Counted from the first letter of the stretch, positions 18,403 to 27,845 are shown. The stretch is 64,000 bases of DNA from Alphaproteobacteria bacterium (GCA_964291675.2 OZ219866.1:2144001-2208000), one strand, 5' to 3'. Numbers and translations: made by a program. The notes: generated by a model not told the origin, from the letters alone.

Positions 18403-19719
18403 CTATCGCACCCCGGTCAGCCACAGGCATAGCCCGGGAAACGCCACCAGCAGGACCAGCCGCGCGGCGTCGCTGACGCAGAAACCGAGCACCCCCTTGT
18501 AGGTCTGGCCCATCGGCACGTCGCGCGCCATGTTGTTGATCACGAAGAGGTTGAGGCCGAAAGGCGGGCTGATCATGCCCACCTCGACGGAAATCAGCAC
18601 CAGGATCCCGAACCAGATCATCGCCTGCGGGTCGCTCATGCCGAGATCCAGCGACAGCACGACGGGGATGAACACGGGCAGGGTGAGCAGCACCATGGCG
18701 AGCGATTCGAGCACGCAGCCGAGCGCCAGATAGATCGCCAGGATGATGGCTACGATCAACAGCGGCGGGGCGTCGAGGGCGGCCACCTGGGCCGACAATT
18801 CGCTGGGCACCCGGGAGAGCGCGAGGGCGGCGCTGAACAGCTCCGCGCCCAGCAGGATCAGGAAGATGAACGCCGTGTTGAGGGCGGTGCGCAGGATCGC
18901 CTCGCAGAAGCCCTGCCAGCGCATGCCGCCCAGGATCACCGCCAGCAGGCCGACGCAGAAGGCGCCGATGGCCGATGCCTCGGTGGGCGAGAACCAGCCG
19001 CCGTAGATGCCTCCGACCACGACGGCGAAGATGATCGCGGTCGGCCACATGTCGCGGCTGTCGCGCAGCCGCCGGACGAGCGCGAAGCGTTCCGCCGCCG
19101 GCGCCTCGCCGGGCCAGATGCGGGCATAGACCCAGATCACCGCCATGTAGCCCGCGACCGCCAGGGCTCCGGGGACGATCGCGGCGATGAACAGGTGGCC
19201 GATGCTCTGCTCGGTATAGATGGCGTAGATGACCAGGATGACCGAAGGCGGAATCAGGATGCCCAGCGTGCCCCCGGCGGCCAGCGTCCCCGTCGCCAGC
19301 GCGCCGGAATAGCCGTGGCGGCGCATCTCCGGCCCGGCGACCTGCGACATCGTGGCCGCGGTCGCGAGCGACGAGCCGCAGAGCGCGCCGAAGGCGGCGC
19401 AGCCGCCGATGGTGGCCATGGCGAGGCCGCCGCGCCGGTGGCCGAGCCAGGCCCGCGCCGCCTGAAACAGCGACCGGTTGAGCCCGCCCTTGGTGGCGAA
19501 CTCGCCCATCAGCAGGAACAGCGGGATGATCGAGAGCGTGTAGCTGGAGAAGCGGCTGAAGGTCAGGGTCTTCAAATTGTTCAGCAACGGCTCGGGGCCG
19601 GTGATGGCGGCATAGCCGATCCCGCCGGCAAGCAGCATCGCGAGCGCGACCGGCACCCGCAGGGCGAGCAGAAGCACCACGCCCACGAACATCGCCACGC
19701 CGATATCGTAAGGGGTCAT
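18403..19719 (-). CDS. dctM: TRAP transporter large permease
   Basis: IPLFLLMGEF, GSSLATAA, GGTLGILIPPS, SPPFGLNLFV. Confidence 0.93.
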   Translation of the reverse strand: MTPYDIGVAMFVGVVLLLALRVPVALAMLLAGGIGYAAITGPEPLLNNLKTLTFSRFSSYTLSIIPLFLLMGEFATKGGLNRSLFQAARAWLGHRRGGLAMATIGGCAAFGALCGSSLATAATMSQVAGPEMRRHGYSGALATGTLAAGGTLGILIPPSVILVIYAIYTEQSIGHLFIAAIVPGALAVAGYMAVIWVYARIWPGEAPAAERFALVRRLRDSRDMWPTAIIFAVVVGGIYGGWFSPTEASAIGAFCVGLLAVILGGMRWQGFCEAILRTALNTAFIFLILLGAELFSAALALSRVPSELSAQVAALDAPPLLIVAIILAIYLALGCVLESLAMVLLTLPVFIPVVLSLDLGMSDPQAMIWFGILVLISVEVGMISPPFGLNLFVINNMARDVPMGQTYKGVLGFCVSDAARLVLLVAFPGLCLWLTGVR

Positions 19720-20234
19720 GGCGCGCCGTCTTCCGCGTCGGGCCCGGCGCCGCCGCCGACCCGTTCGCACACCACGAAGACCGCCGTCGCCATCCACAGG
19801 ACGGCGGGGACGCTCGCAAGCGCGAAACCCCACCACCGCGGCAACTGCAAAAACATGCTGATCCGGCCCCGGTCATAGGCATCGTATCCGCCGACGATGA
19901 GTTGCATGGCGAGGACGATGACGACGAGGGCGAAGACGACGCTGGCCGCGACATCGAGGGTCGCCTTTGCCGCAGGGGGCGCCCAGCCGGTGAAGGCGGT
20001 AATGACGACGTGCCCGTACTGCATCTGGCAATAGGGCATGAAGCTCATCACCGCGACGCCGGCGGCGAACTCGACGATCTCCGTGTCGCCCAGGATCGGG
20101 CGGCCGAGGGCGGCCATGCAGACCGCGACGACGGTGAACAGCATCGCCGCCACCAGCACCAGACCGCCGAACAGGGCGACCGCGCGCGTCGTGCGGTCGA
20201 GCCGGCGACGCCACGCGCGGAGTGGCGGGTTCAA
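19716..20234 (-). CDS. dctQ: TRAP transporter small permease
   Basis: 4 TM segments, PILGDTEIV, GHV. Confidence 0.85.
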   Translation of the reverse strand: MNPPLRAWRRRLDRTTRAVALFGGLVLVAAMLFTVVAVCMAALGRPILGDTEIVEFAAGVAVMSFMPYCQMQYGHVVITAFTGWAPPAAKATLDVAASVVFALVVIVLAMQLIVGGYDAYDRGRISMFLQLPRWWGFALASVPAVLWMATAVFVVCERVGGGAGPDAEDGAP

Positions 20235-20282
20235 GCCCGCGCCTTTCGCTGCCTCACGCGCCAGCTTCCCCGCGACCGCCGG

Positions 20283-20378
20283 CTAGCCCGATGTCCCGCA
20301 TCGCGCCGCGCGCCTCTCCTGCCCTGTCGGCCGGACAGCGCCGCGCAGGCCATGACAGGGGCGAGAAATGCGGGCTAG
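20283..20378. repeat. CTAG-bounded intergenic repeat (MITE/REP-like), copy 1
   Basis: Ends CTAGCCCG..CGGGCTAG; its reverse complement matches 23928-24008. Confidence 0.75.
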
Positions 20379-20388
20379 GCCTTCCCGG

Positions 20389-21405
20389 CTACATGCGTCC
20401 GTGCTTGCCGGTAATGTCCAGCAGGGTCTTGAACAGCGCCGCGCCGTCATAGCCGCGGCCGTTCATCTCGGCGATCCAGGCGTCGTAGGCCGGCTGGACG
20501 GTCTTCTTCCAGCGCGCGATCTCCGCATCCGAGACCCTGAACACGTTGTTGCCGTGATCGACGATCGCCTTGCGCGCCGGGGCGGTCTGCGTGTCCCAAG
20601 CGACCCCCATCTTCTTCACCCACGGCATGCCGGAATTCCTGTCGACCACCGCCTTCAGATCGGCCGGCAGCTTGTCGTAGGAGGCCCGGCGCATCATCGT
20701 CATCAACATGGACTGATAGAGCGCCAGCTCCGAGTGATGGTTGGTCACCTCGTAGAAGCGGAAGGGCTTGGTGATCGCCCAGTTGATCAGCATGCCCTCG
20801 ACCTGGCCGCGCGACAGCGCCTCGTAGACGCCCGGCAACGGAATGCCCACCGGCGTCGCGCCCAGCGCCTTGACGGCCTCGCCGATGAAGCGGCCGGCGA
20901 CCCTGAGCTTCATGCCCTTGAAATCCTCCAGGGTCTTGATGGGCTTCTTGACCGTGTGGATCAGCGCGGCGTCGGTGGCGTGGATCGAGACGAGGTAGAT
21001 GCCCTCGAACTCCTTCTGCAGGTGACCGGTGACGAACTCCATGGCCGCCGGGCTCATGGTCGCCGACTTGCCGGTATTCATGAACGGCAGCTCCAGGCCC
21101 TGGGTGCCGGGGAAGCGGCCGGGGGTGAAGCCGGGCAGCGTCCAGATGATGTCGACCACGCCGTCTTCCATCTGCTGGGGAAGATCGCCGGGCTTCCCGC
21201 CGAGTTGCATGGCCGGGTAGACCTCGATCCTGATCCGGCCCTTGGAGTCCTTCTCGACATTCTCGGCCCAGCGGTCGAGGTGGATGGTGTGGTCGAGCGA
21301 TTTGGGCGAGCCGAACGAATGCAGGCGGAATGTAAAGTCTTGCGCCTTGGCCGGCATGGCGAGGGCGGTGCCGAGCAAAATGGCGGCAACGACCGGCGTC
21401 TTCAT
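20389..21405 (-). CDS. dctP: TRAP substrate-binding protein
   Basis: Signal peptide, YPAMQLGG, PGRFP, DFKGMKLRV, YEALSRG. Confidence 0.93.
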   Translation of the reverse strand: MKTPVVAAILLGTALAMPAKAQDFTFRLHSFGSPKSLDHTIHLDRWAENVEKDSKGRIRIEVYPAMQLGGKPGDLPQQMEDGVVDIIWTLPGFTPGRFPGTQGLELPFMNTGKSATMSPAAMEFVTGHLQKEFEGIYLVSIHATDAALIHTVKKPIKTLEDFKGMKLRVAGRFIGEAVKALGATPVGIPLPGVYEALSRGQVEGMLINWAITKPFRFYEVTNHHSELALYQSMLMTMMRRASYDKLPADLKAVVDRNSGMPWVKKMGVAWDTQTAPARKAIVDHGNNVFRVSDAEIARWKKTVQPAYDAWIAEMNGRGYDGAALFKTLLDITGKHGRM

Positions 21406-21511
21406 GGCTGTCTCCCTAAACCCGTGATCCCGGTTTAGTATGCGACCCGCCGGAGAGCCTGTGAAGCCGGTTCGCCGGCGCCGCGCGTTCGATGGCGGAT
21501 TTGCAGGAGGG

Positions 21512-22876
21512 ATGGCGAACAAACCCAGCCTGAGGCGGTTCCTCGACCGGTTGGAATCCGCGGGCGCGCTGCACCGCGTCACCCGCCGCGTCGATCCCGA
21601 ATTCGAGATCGGCGCGATCCTCGGGCTGCGCGACGCCGGCCCGGCGCAGCTCTTCGAGAATGTCGACGGCCCGGGGCTTGGCGTGGTCGGCAACGTGCTC
21701 AATTCGCGCGCCCGCTTCGCGCTCGCCTTCGGCATCGCGCCCGACGCGCTGGACGACCACTGCGCGGCGGCGGTCGCGAACCCGGTCCCGCCGGCACTCG
21801 TCGATTACGGCCCGGTGCAGGACGAGGTCTTCGACGGCGCGCCCGACCTCGCCGGGCTGCTGCCGGTGCCGCGCTGGTTCGAGCGCGAGACGGCTCCCTA
21901 CATCACCGCGGGCGTCATCGTCGCGCGCGACCCGGAGACCGGCCGCCCCAACCTTTCCATCGCCCGGCTCAGGCTGGAAGGCGGCAACCGGGTGATGGCG
22001 GGGATCGCCGCCAACCATCACCTCAACCTCCTCGCGCGGAAGGCGCAGGCGCGGGGCGAGGCGCTGGAATTCGCGGTCGCGATCGGCAACCACCCCGCGG
22101 TGCTGCTCGCCTCGCAGATGTATGTGGACCTCGGCCGCGACGAGCTCGAGATCGCGGGCGCGCTGCAGGGCGAGCCCGTGGAGCTGGTCCCGTGCCGGAC
22201 GGTCGGGCTCGCGGTTCCCGCCGAGGCCGAGATCGTGCTCGAGGGCGTGTTGCGCCCGGACGAGCCGATCGAGGAGGGTCCGGTATCCGAGTTCCCGGGC
22301 TTCTACGTCCGCTACGGGCCGGGCATCGCCGGCGAGATAAGCTGCGTGACCCGCCGCAAGGACGCCATCTTCCAGGCGATCCTGCCGGGGTTCGCATCCG
22401 AGCACTGCCTGCTGGGCGCCGTCGCCATCGGCGCGACGCTGCGCCACGAATTGTCGCGAACCGTCCCGGCGGTCCGCAACGTCGCGATCACCGAGGGCGG
22501 CATGGGCCGGCTGCACGCGGTCATCGCGATGCACCGCCCGCGGCGCGGCGAAGGCAAGCGGGCGATCCTGCTGGCGATGGGGCTGGTCAACCTGCTGAAG
22601 CTTGTCATCGCGGTCGAGGACGACGTCGACCCGCACGACGGGAAGCAGGTCGAATGGTCGCTCGGCGCGCGCTTTCGCGGCGGCGAAGACCTGATCGTCC
22701 TGCCCGGGGTCAAGGCCGACCGCTGCGATCCGGTGCACGACGACCTCACGGTCACCAAGATCGGCATGGTCGCGACCACGCGGCCGGGCGACGGGGAGCC
22801 CGGCAGCCGCTCCGAATTCGCCCGCCCGCCGGACGAGGTGCTCGCGCGGATTCGCCGCGATCTCGACCTCTATTGA
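21512..22876 (+). CDS. UbiD family prFMN-dependent (de)carboxylase
   Basis: NLSIARL, EIVLEG, EEGPVSEFPGFY, VEDDVDP; AGGAGG RBS. Confidence 0.92.
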   Translation: MANKPSLRRFLDRLESAGALHRVTRRVDPEFEIGAILGLRDAGPAQLFENVDGPGLGVVGNVLNSRARFALAFGIAPDALDDHCAAAVANPVPPALVDYGPVQDEVFDGAPDLAGLLPVPRWFERETAPYITAGVIVARDPETGRPNLSIARLRLEGGNRVMAGIAANHHLNLLARKAQARGEALEFAVAIGNHPAVLLASQMYVDLGRDELEIAGALQGEPVELVPCRTVGLAVPAEAEIVLEGVLRPDEPIEEGPVSEFPGFYVRYGPGIAGEISCVTRRKDAIFQAILPGFASEHCLLGAVAIGATLRHELSRTVPAVRNVAITEGGMGRLHAVIAMHRPRRGEGKRAILLAMGLVNLLKLVIAVEDDVDPHDGKQVEWSLGARFRGGEDLIVLPGVKADRCDPVHDDLTVTKIGMVATTRPGDGEPGSRSEFARPPDEVLARIRRDLDLY

Positions 22877-23190
22877 AGGGGGCTTGCGCCCATACGGAGC
22901 GGTGCTTCTACCTGCACGGTGGAAGCGATCCGACGCAAACCACGTTCCGCAGCTTCATCGGCGCGTTTCCACGTTTCGTTGAGGTCGCGGACCGAGTGCC
23001 GGCACCGTTCGTCTACCGAGTCGGAGGGGGGCGGGCATGGTCCGTGAGAGTCCGAACGACGCGATCCGCATCGCCATCGCTCCCGGGGAGCCGAAGGCAG
23101 ACTCCGGTGCGCGGCGGCGTGACTCTCGCCCCTTGACCCGTCCCACCAACCATTTACGGTTGCGCCGTTGAACCTTACAGGGAGGCCGCC

Positions 23191-23514
23191 ATGACGGGAG
23201 ATGCGCGGCGACCGAACGCTTTGCGGTTCGTGATCTTCGAGGAAGAGGGCGCATGGGTCGCAATGTGCCTGGAACGCTACATCGGTACGCAGGGCCGCAC
23301 GAAGGAAGCGGCCATCGACGGCCTGAAAATCGTCTACCGTGCCGAACTCGACGAGTCCCTGGTCCGCACCGGCGAGCCGTTCGGCGGCATTCGGCGAGCA
23401 CCGAAGAAGTTCTGGGAAATGCACAAGTCGGACGATCCGTCGATCCTTCGCGGTCGCATATGCGACGATGGGCTCGGTGCAGTAATGGGAGAGCGGCTTG
23501 AGATCGCAGCGTAG
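23191..23514 (+). CDS. HicB-like antitoxin fold protein
   Basis: FEEEGAWVAMCLE..IGTQGRTKEAA resembles the HicB N-domain; GGAGG RBS. Confidence 0.6.
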   Translation: MTGDARRPNALRFVIFEEEGAWVAMCLERYIGTQGRTKEAAIDGLKIVYRAELDESLVRTGEPFGGIRRAPKKFWEMHKSDDPSILRGRICDDGLGAVMGERLEIAA

Positions 23515-23516
23515 GC

Positions 23517-23801
23517 ATGATCGCGCAACGCGCTCCCCCAGGCCCTGCCTTTGACGACTACTGCAAATGGCCTACGGAACAGGGCGGCAGCGTTCAGCAT
23601 CGACAGAACCGATGGGGCGGCTACGCTGTGTTGCACTCGCCAGACGGCACCCTGTGCGTTGCGATCCCAGTGACGGCCATGCACGAAATGCTGGTTTCAG
23701 AGTTGATCGAGTATCTCGATACCCGACTCGGATTGGTCTCGCCATGGCGAAGGCATCCACCGATGCCCCAGGGGGATGCCGATGACGACTCCGGAGCCTG
23801 A
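23517..23801 (+). CDS. hypothetical protein, possibly HicA-like
   Basis: Starts 2 nt after the hicB-like stop; HSPDG..VAIPV...H..L..ELI...LGL loosely HicA-like. Confidence 0.35.
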   Translation: MIAQRAPPGPAFDDYCKWPTEQGGSVQHRQNRWGGYAVLHSPDGTLCVAIPVTAMHEMLVSELIEYLDTRLGLVSPWRRHPPMPQGDADDDSGA

Positions 23802-23931
23802 CAAGCCCCAGCGTGACCGCTTCATCGAAACGGCGCACGATCTGGATTGTGACGAGGACGAGAGCCGGTTTGGCGCGACGCTGAAGCGGATCGTGCCGAA
23901 GATGGACGAACCGGCGCGCCCGAAGGGCTAG
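23776..23931 (+). CDS. 51-aa small hypothetical protein (below the ORF-track cutoff)
   Basis: Hand-translated MPMTTPEPDKPQRDRFIETAHDLDCDEDESRFGATLKRIVPKMDEPARPKG; GGGGG RBS-like run. Confidence 0.55.
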   Translation: MPMTTPEPDKPQRDRFIETAHDLDCDEDESRFGATLKRIVPKMDEPARPKG

Positions 23932-24052
23932 CCCGCATTTCCCGCCACTGTCATGGTCTGCCCCGGATCGCAGTCCGGGACCTGCGCGGCGCTGTCCGGC
24001 CGACAGGGTGCGTCGAGATGCTTGCCCGATGTCCCCGCATCGAGCCCGCATC
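23928..24052. repeat. CTAG-bounded intergenic repeat, copy 2, with a 24-nt hairpin insert
   Basis: 27/29 then 28/28 identity to the reverse complement of 20322-20378; 24021-24045 resembles 20283-20306. Confidence 0.75.
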
Positions 24053-24071
24053 TTCCGCATGACTCGACATG

Positions 24072-24089
24072 GTAAGGAAAAATCCTTAC
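24072..24089. promoter_or_regulatory. perfect palindrome GTAAGGA-AAAA-TCCTTAC, likely prlF-yhaV autoregulatory operator
   Basis: About 30 nt upstream of the prlF ATG. Confidence 0.6.
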
Positions 24090-24120
24090 GGTCGCGCGCG
24101 GTACACAGGGAGCGTCGATC

Positions 24121-24441
24121 ATGTCGATCATCCATGAGGTCGCCACGATGACCGCGAAGGGCCAGATCACCCTGCCCAAGTCGATCCGTCAGGCGCTGGG
24201 GGTCGATGTCGGCGCCAGGGTGGCGTTCGAACTCCACGAGGACGGACAGGTCGTCGTCAGCCGCGCCGACGCGGAGCATGAAGATCCGGCGATCGGTTCG
24301 TTCCTGGATCTGCTCGCCGCCGATATCCGGGCCGCCCGGCATGTTCGAGCGATGCCGGACGATCTCGCACGCGACATGCTCGAACAGGCGCGGCGCGAGG
24401 CGGGACCGGACGAGGACATCGACGGCGACGTCGCCCTCTGA
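24121..24441 (+). CDS. prlF: PrlF family antitoxin (AbrB/SpoVT fold)
   Basis: TAKGQITLPKSIRQALG, EDPAIGSFLDLLAADI. Confidence 0.88.
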   Translation: MSIIHEVATMTAKGQITLPKSIRQALGVDVGARVAFELHEDGQVVVSRADAEHEDPAIGSFLDLLAADIRAARHVRAMPDDLARDMLEQARREAGPDEDIDGDVAL

Positions 24442-24899
24442 TGCGGCGCCACGGATGGACGCTGCTGTTCCACGATTGCCTGATCGACCAGCTGCGCAAG
24501 CTCCACAACGCAGTCCAGCGCGCGCAACGAAGCGATCCGTCGGGATTCGCATCCAATGCGAACGTCAAGCTGTTCCATGCGCTGAGCCGGCTGATGCTGG
24601 AGGTCATCCCGCAGGATCCGTCCCGCGACGAGTACCGCCAGGGCAGCACGCTGGGTGCGCGCCACCGCCATTGGCGGCGCGCCAGGATCGGCAGACGGTT
24701 TCGATTGTTCTTCCGCTATGACGCGAGGGCGAAGGTGATCGTCTACGCGTGGGTCAATGACCGATCCACGCTGCGCTCCTCGGGGAGCGGAACCGATCCT
24801 TACGCGGTCTTCGCCAGGATGCTGTCGCGGGGCAATCCGCCCGAGGACTGGGCTTCATTGATGACCGCATCGAGGCGGGACTGGCAGGACGGGAAATAA
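24441..24899 (+). CDS. yhaV: YhaV family toxin (RelE superfamily RNase)
   Basis: HGWTLLFH, YRQGSTLG, WRRA, RLFFRYD, YAWVND..TLR; TGATG coupling to prlF. Confidence 0.9.
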   Translation: MRRHGWTLLFHDCLIDQLRKLHNAVQRAQRSDPSGFASNANVKLFHALSRLMLEVIPQDPSRDEYRQGSTLGARHRHWRRARIGRRFRLFFRYDARAKVIVYAWVNDRSTLRSSGSGTDPYAVFARMLSRGNPPEDWASLMTASRRDWQDGK

Positions 24900-24941
24900 C
24901 CGTCTCCAGACCGTGTCGACCCGCGAAGGGTCCCCAACCCC

Positions 24942-24984
24942 GTCATGGCCGGCCCCCGGACTCGATCCGCGGGCCGGGCATGAC
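24942..24984. repeat. GTCATG..CATGAC REP-like palindrome
   Basis: GTCATGGCCGGCCC..GGGCCGGGCATGAC hairpin. Confidence 0.65.
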
Positions 24985-25138
24985 AAGGGAGGGGGCATGG
25001 CGATGGGGCGGGCGGCGTTCCCGTCGCCGGTCCGCGCCGGCCGAACGCGCGTAAAATTGTCCATAGGAGCCCCGATTGAAGGACCGGAGCCGCAAGAATT
25101 CGTTTGCGCCGAATGCGCCGCTGGGAAATCCTCGCATC

Positions 25139-26509
25139 ATGTCCGATTTCGATCTCGTCCTGAAGGGCGACCTCGTCCTGCCCGACCGCGTCGTCGAGCG
25201 CGGCCATGTCGCGGTGCGCGACGGAAGGATCGCGGCCATCGGCGGCGGTCCGGCGCCTGGCGCCACGACGGTCGAGGACTTCACCGGCGCCCTCATCCTG
25301 CCGGGCGCGATCGACGGGCAGGTCCATTCGCGCTCCCAGGCCGACCAGGAGGATTTTCTCTGGTCGACCCGCTCCGCCGCGGCGGGCGGGGTGACGACGA
25401 TCGTCGACATGCCCTATGACGACGGCGAGCTGATCTGCACCGCTGGGCGGCTGGCCGGAAAGGCGGCGGCGGCCAAGTCCCAGGCGCGGGTCGATTTCGC
25501 GCTCTACGGCACGATCCACCCCGATGACGGGCCGCGCCACATCGCTGCCATGGTCGAGGCGGGCGCCGCCGCCTTCAAGTTCTCCACCTTCGGCACCCAC
25601 CCCGAGCGCTTCCCGCGCATCCCGCCGCAGACCATGCACGACTGCTTCGCCGAGATCGCGCGCTTCGACCTCATGGCCGGCGTGCACAACGAGAACGAGG
25701 AGGTCATCCAGGCCGCGCTGGCGGCGACGCGCGCGAGCGGCCGGACCGACTACCTGGCGCACGGGCTGTCGCGCCCCGCAATCTCGGAGCTGCTCGCGAT
25801 GGCGGAGGTCTACGAGCTCGGCGTCGCCACGGGCTGCGCCGCCCATGTGGTTCACTGCTCGCTCGGCCGCGGCTACGAGATGGCGCGCGCCTATCGCGAC
25901 CAGGGCTACCGGGCGACCGCCGAGGCCTGCATCCATTACCTCACGCTGAGCGAGGAGGACGATGTGAGCCGGCTCGGCGGGGTGGCCAAGATCAACCCGC
26001 CGATCCGCGGGCGGACGCAGCGCGAGGCGCTGTGGCGGCATTTGGCGGAAGGCAATATCGCCATCGTCTCGACCGACCACGTGAGCTGGTCGCTGGAACG
26101 CAAGACCCGCAACGACATGCTGGAGAACGCCTCCGGCGTGCCGGGTCTGGAGGCGCTGGTGCCGCTGCTCGCGACCGGGCTTGCCGAGCGCGGCCTGCCG
26201 CTGACCTGGGCGGCGCGGCTGCTGGCGAAGAACCCGGCCCGGCTGTTCCGCATCGACCGCCGGAAGGGCGCCTTGCGGACCGGCCGCGATGCCGACATCG
26301 CGGTTCTGGTGCCGGACGAGCATGCCTACGACCCCGCGGCGTCGGGCAACAACGTCGTCGACTGGAGCCCCTATGCCGGGCGTCGGCTCGCCTGGCGGGT
26401 GGAGGCCGCCTGGCTGCGCGGGCAGCCGGTCTGGACGCAAGGCGGGAGCGTCGCCGAGCCGGGCACCGGGGAATGGATCAGGCCCGAACCGCGCCGGGGC
26501 GCCGCGTGA
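25139..26509 (+). CDS. cyclic amidohydrolase (allantoinase/dihydroorotase/hydantoinase family)
   Basis: LPGAIDGQVH, AAAGGVTTIVDMP, VHNEN, HVVH, KINPPIR, STDH. Confidence 0.88.
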   Translation: MSDFDLVLKGDLVLPDRVVERGHVAVRDGRIAAIGGGPAPGATTVEDFTGALILPGAIDGQVHSRSQADQEDFLWSTRSAAAGGVTTIVDMPYDDGELICTAGRLAGKAAAAKSQARVDFALYGTIHPDDGPRHIAAMVEAGAAAFKFSTFGTHPERFPRIPPQTMHDCFAEIARFDLMAGVHNENEEVIQAALAATRASGRTDYLAHGLSRPAISELLAMAEVYELGVATGCAAHVVHCSLGRGYEMARAYRDQGYRATAEACIHYLTLSEEDDVSRLGGVAKINPPIRGRTQREALWRHLAEGNIAIVSTDHVSWSLERKTRNDMLENASGVPGLEALVPLLATGLAERGLPLTWAARLLAKNPARLFRIDRRKGALRTGRDADIAVLVPDEHAYDPAASGNNVVDWSPYAGRRLAWRVEAAWLRGQPVWTQGGSVAEPGTGEWIRPEPRRGAA

Positions 26510-27771
26510 GCGGGGCGGGCGTCGACCAAGCGCGCCTGTGGGCGGACCACGAGGCGCTCGCCCGGCTGACCGAGCCCGACCGGCCGTTCACGCGGCGCTC
26601 GTTCTCGCCGGTGTTCTCGGAGGGGCGTGCCTGGCTGGAGCGGCGCTTCCGCGATGCCGGGCTGAAGACGCGGACCGATGCGGGCGGCAATCTGATAGGC
26701 CGGCTGGAGGGAACGGACGCCGATGCCGGGACGCTGATGACCGGCTCGCACAGCGACACCGTGCCCCGGGGCGGACGGTTCGACGGCGTCTCGGGCGTGC
26801 TCGCCGGCATCGAGGTCGCGCGTTGCCTTTCCGCCCGCGGCCGTCCGTTGCGCCACGGCTTCGAGGTGGTCGACTTCCTCGCCGAGGAGGCGAGCGATTG
26901 CGGCGTCTCCTGCGTCGGCTCGCGGGCGATGACGGGGCACCTCGACGCGACCCTGCTGGCCCAGATTTTTCCCGACGGGCGCAGCCTCGCCCAGGCGCTC
27001 GAAGCCGTGGGCGGCGATCCGGCGGGACTCGCGGAGGCGGTGCGCGGCGACATAAGGGCGTTCCTGGAGCTGCATATCGAGCAGGGGCCGGTGCTGGAGA
27101 GCGCCGGCGCCGCGATCGGCGTGGTCGCCGCGATCGTCGGGATCGCGCGGGTCGAGATCGTCTTCGAGGGCAAGGCGGGCCATGCCGGCACGGTACCGAT
27201 GGACGGGCGCCGCGATGCCCTGGCCGCCGCCGCCGCGCTGGTCGGCCGGGTCAAGCGGAGCGCGAGCGAAATCGCCCGCGAGGTTTCGGGCCATTTCGTC
27301 GCCACAACCGGCGTGATCGAGGTCGAGCCCAACGCGCCCAACGTGGTACCGGCCAGGGCGCGGCTGGTGATCGATGCGCGCTCGGACGACAGGGCGCGCG
27401 TCGGGCGCTTCGTCGAGTCCCTGCGCACCGAAGCCGAAGCCGCCGCGGCGCGCCAGGGTGTGCGACTGGCCGCCTGCGGGCTGCTCTCGGAGAGCTTGCC
27501 GGTGACCTGCGACGCGCGTTTGCAGCAGGCGATCGCGCAAGCCGCCGACGGGCTCGGCCTCTCCTCGATGACCATGGCGAGCGGCGCCGGGCACGATACC
27601 TCGTTCCTCGCCCGGATCTGCCCGGCGGCCATGCTGTTCGTGCCCTGCCGCGACGGGCTCAGCCATCACGCCGACGAATGGGCCGAGCCGGCGGCCCTTG
27701 CCGCCGGCGCCCGGGTGCTGCTCGCAACCGTTGAAACGCTCGACCGCGGCGGACCCGATGCCGCGGCTTGA
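26506..27771 (+). CDS. M20 N-carbamoyl-amino-acid / allantoate amidohydrolase
   Basis: GSHSDTV..GGRFDG, AEEAS, ELHIEQGPVLE, HAGTVPM, SGAGHD, GLSH; GTGA overlap with the upstream gene. Confidence 0.9.
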   Translation: MSGAGVDQARLWADHEALARLTEPDRPFTRRSFSPVFSEGRAWLERRFRDAGLKTRTDAGGNLIGRLEGTDADAGTLMTGSHSDTVPRGGRFDGVSGVLAGIEVARCLSARGRPLRHGFEVVDFLAEEASDCGVSCVGSRAMTGHLDATLLAQIFPDGRSLAQALEAVGGDPAGLAEAVRGDIRAFLELHIEQGPVLESAGAAIGVVAAIVGIARVEIVFEGKAGHAGTVPMDGRRDALAAAAALVGRVKRSASEIAREVSGHFVATTGVIEVEPNAPNVVPARARLVIDARSDDRARVGRFVESLRTEAEAAAARQGVRLAACGLLSESLPVTCDARLQQAIAQAADGLGLSSMTMASGAGHDTSFLARICPAAMLFVPCRDGLSHHADEWAEPAALAAGARVLLATVETLDRGGPDAAA

Positions 27772-27845
27772 ACGCCTCGCGTTGACCGGCTTTTCGGTCC
27801 GGCCTATCGTCGATTTCACGCTGCCATAACAGCGGGAAACGATCG

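Noticed and set aside
22877-24120. Intact IS element or prophage
   Set aside because: No complete transposase or integrase, terminal inverted repeats or att sites were found by eye
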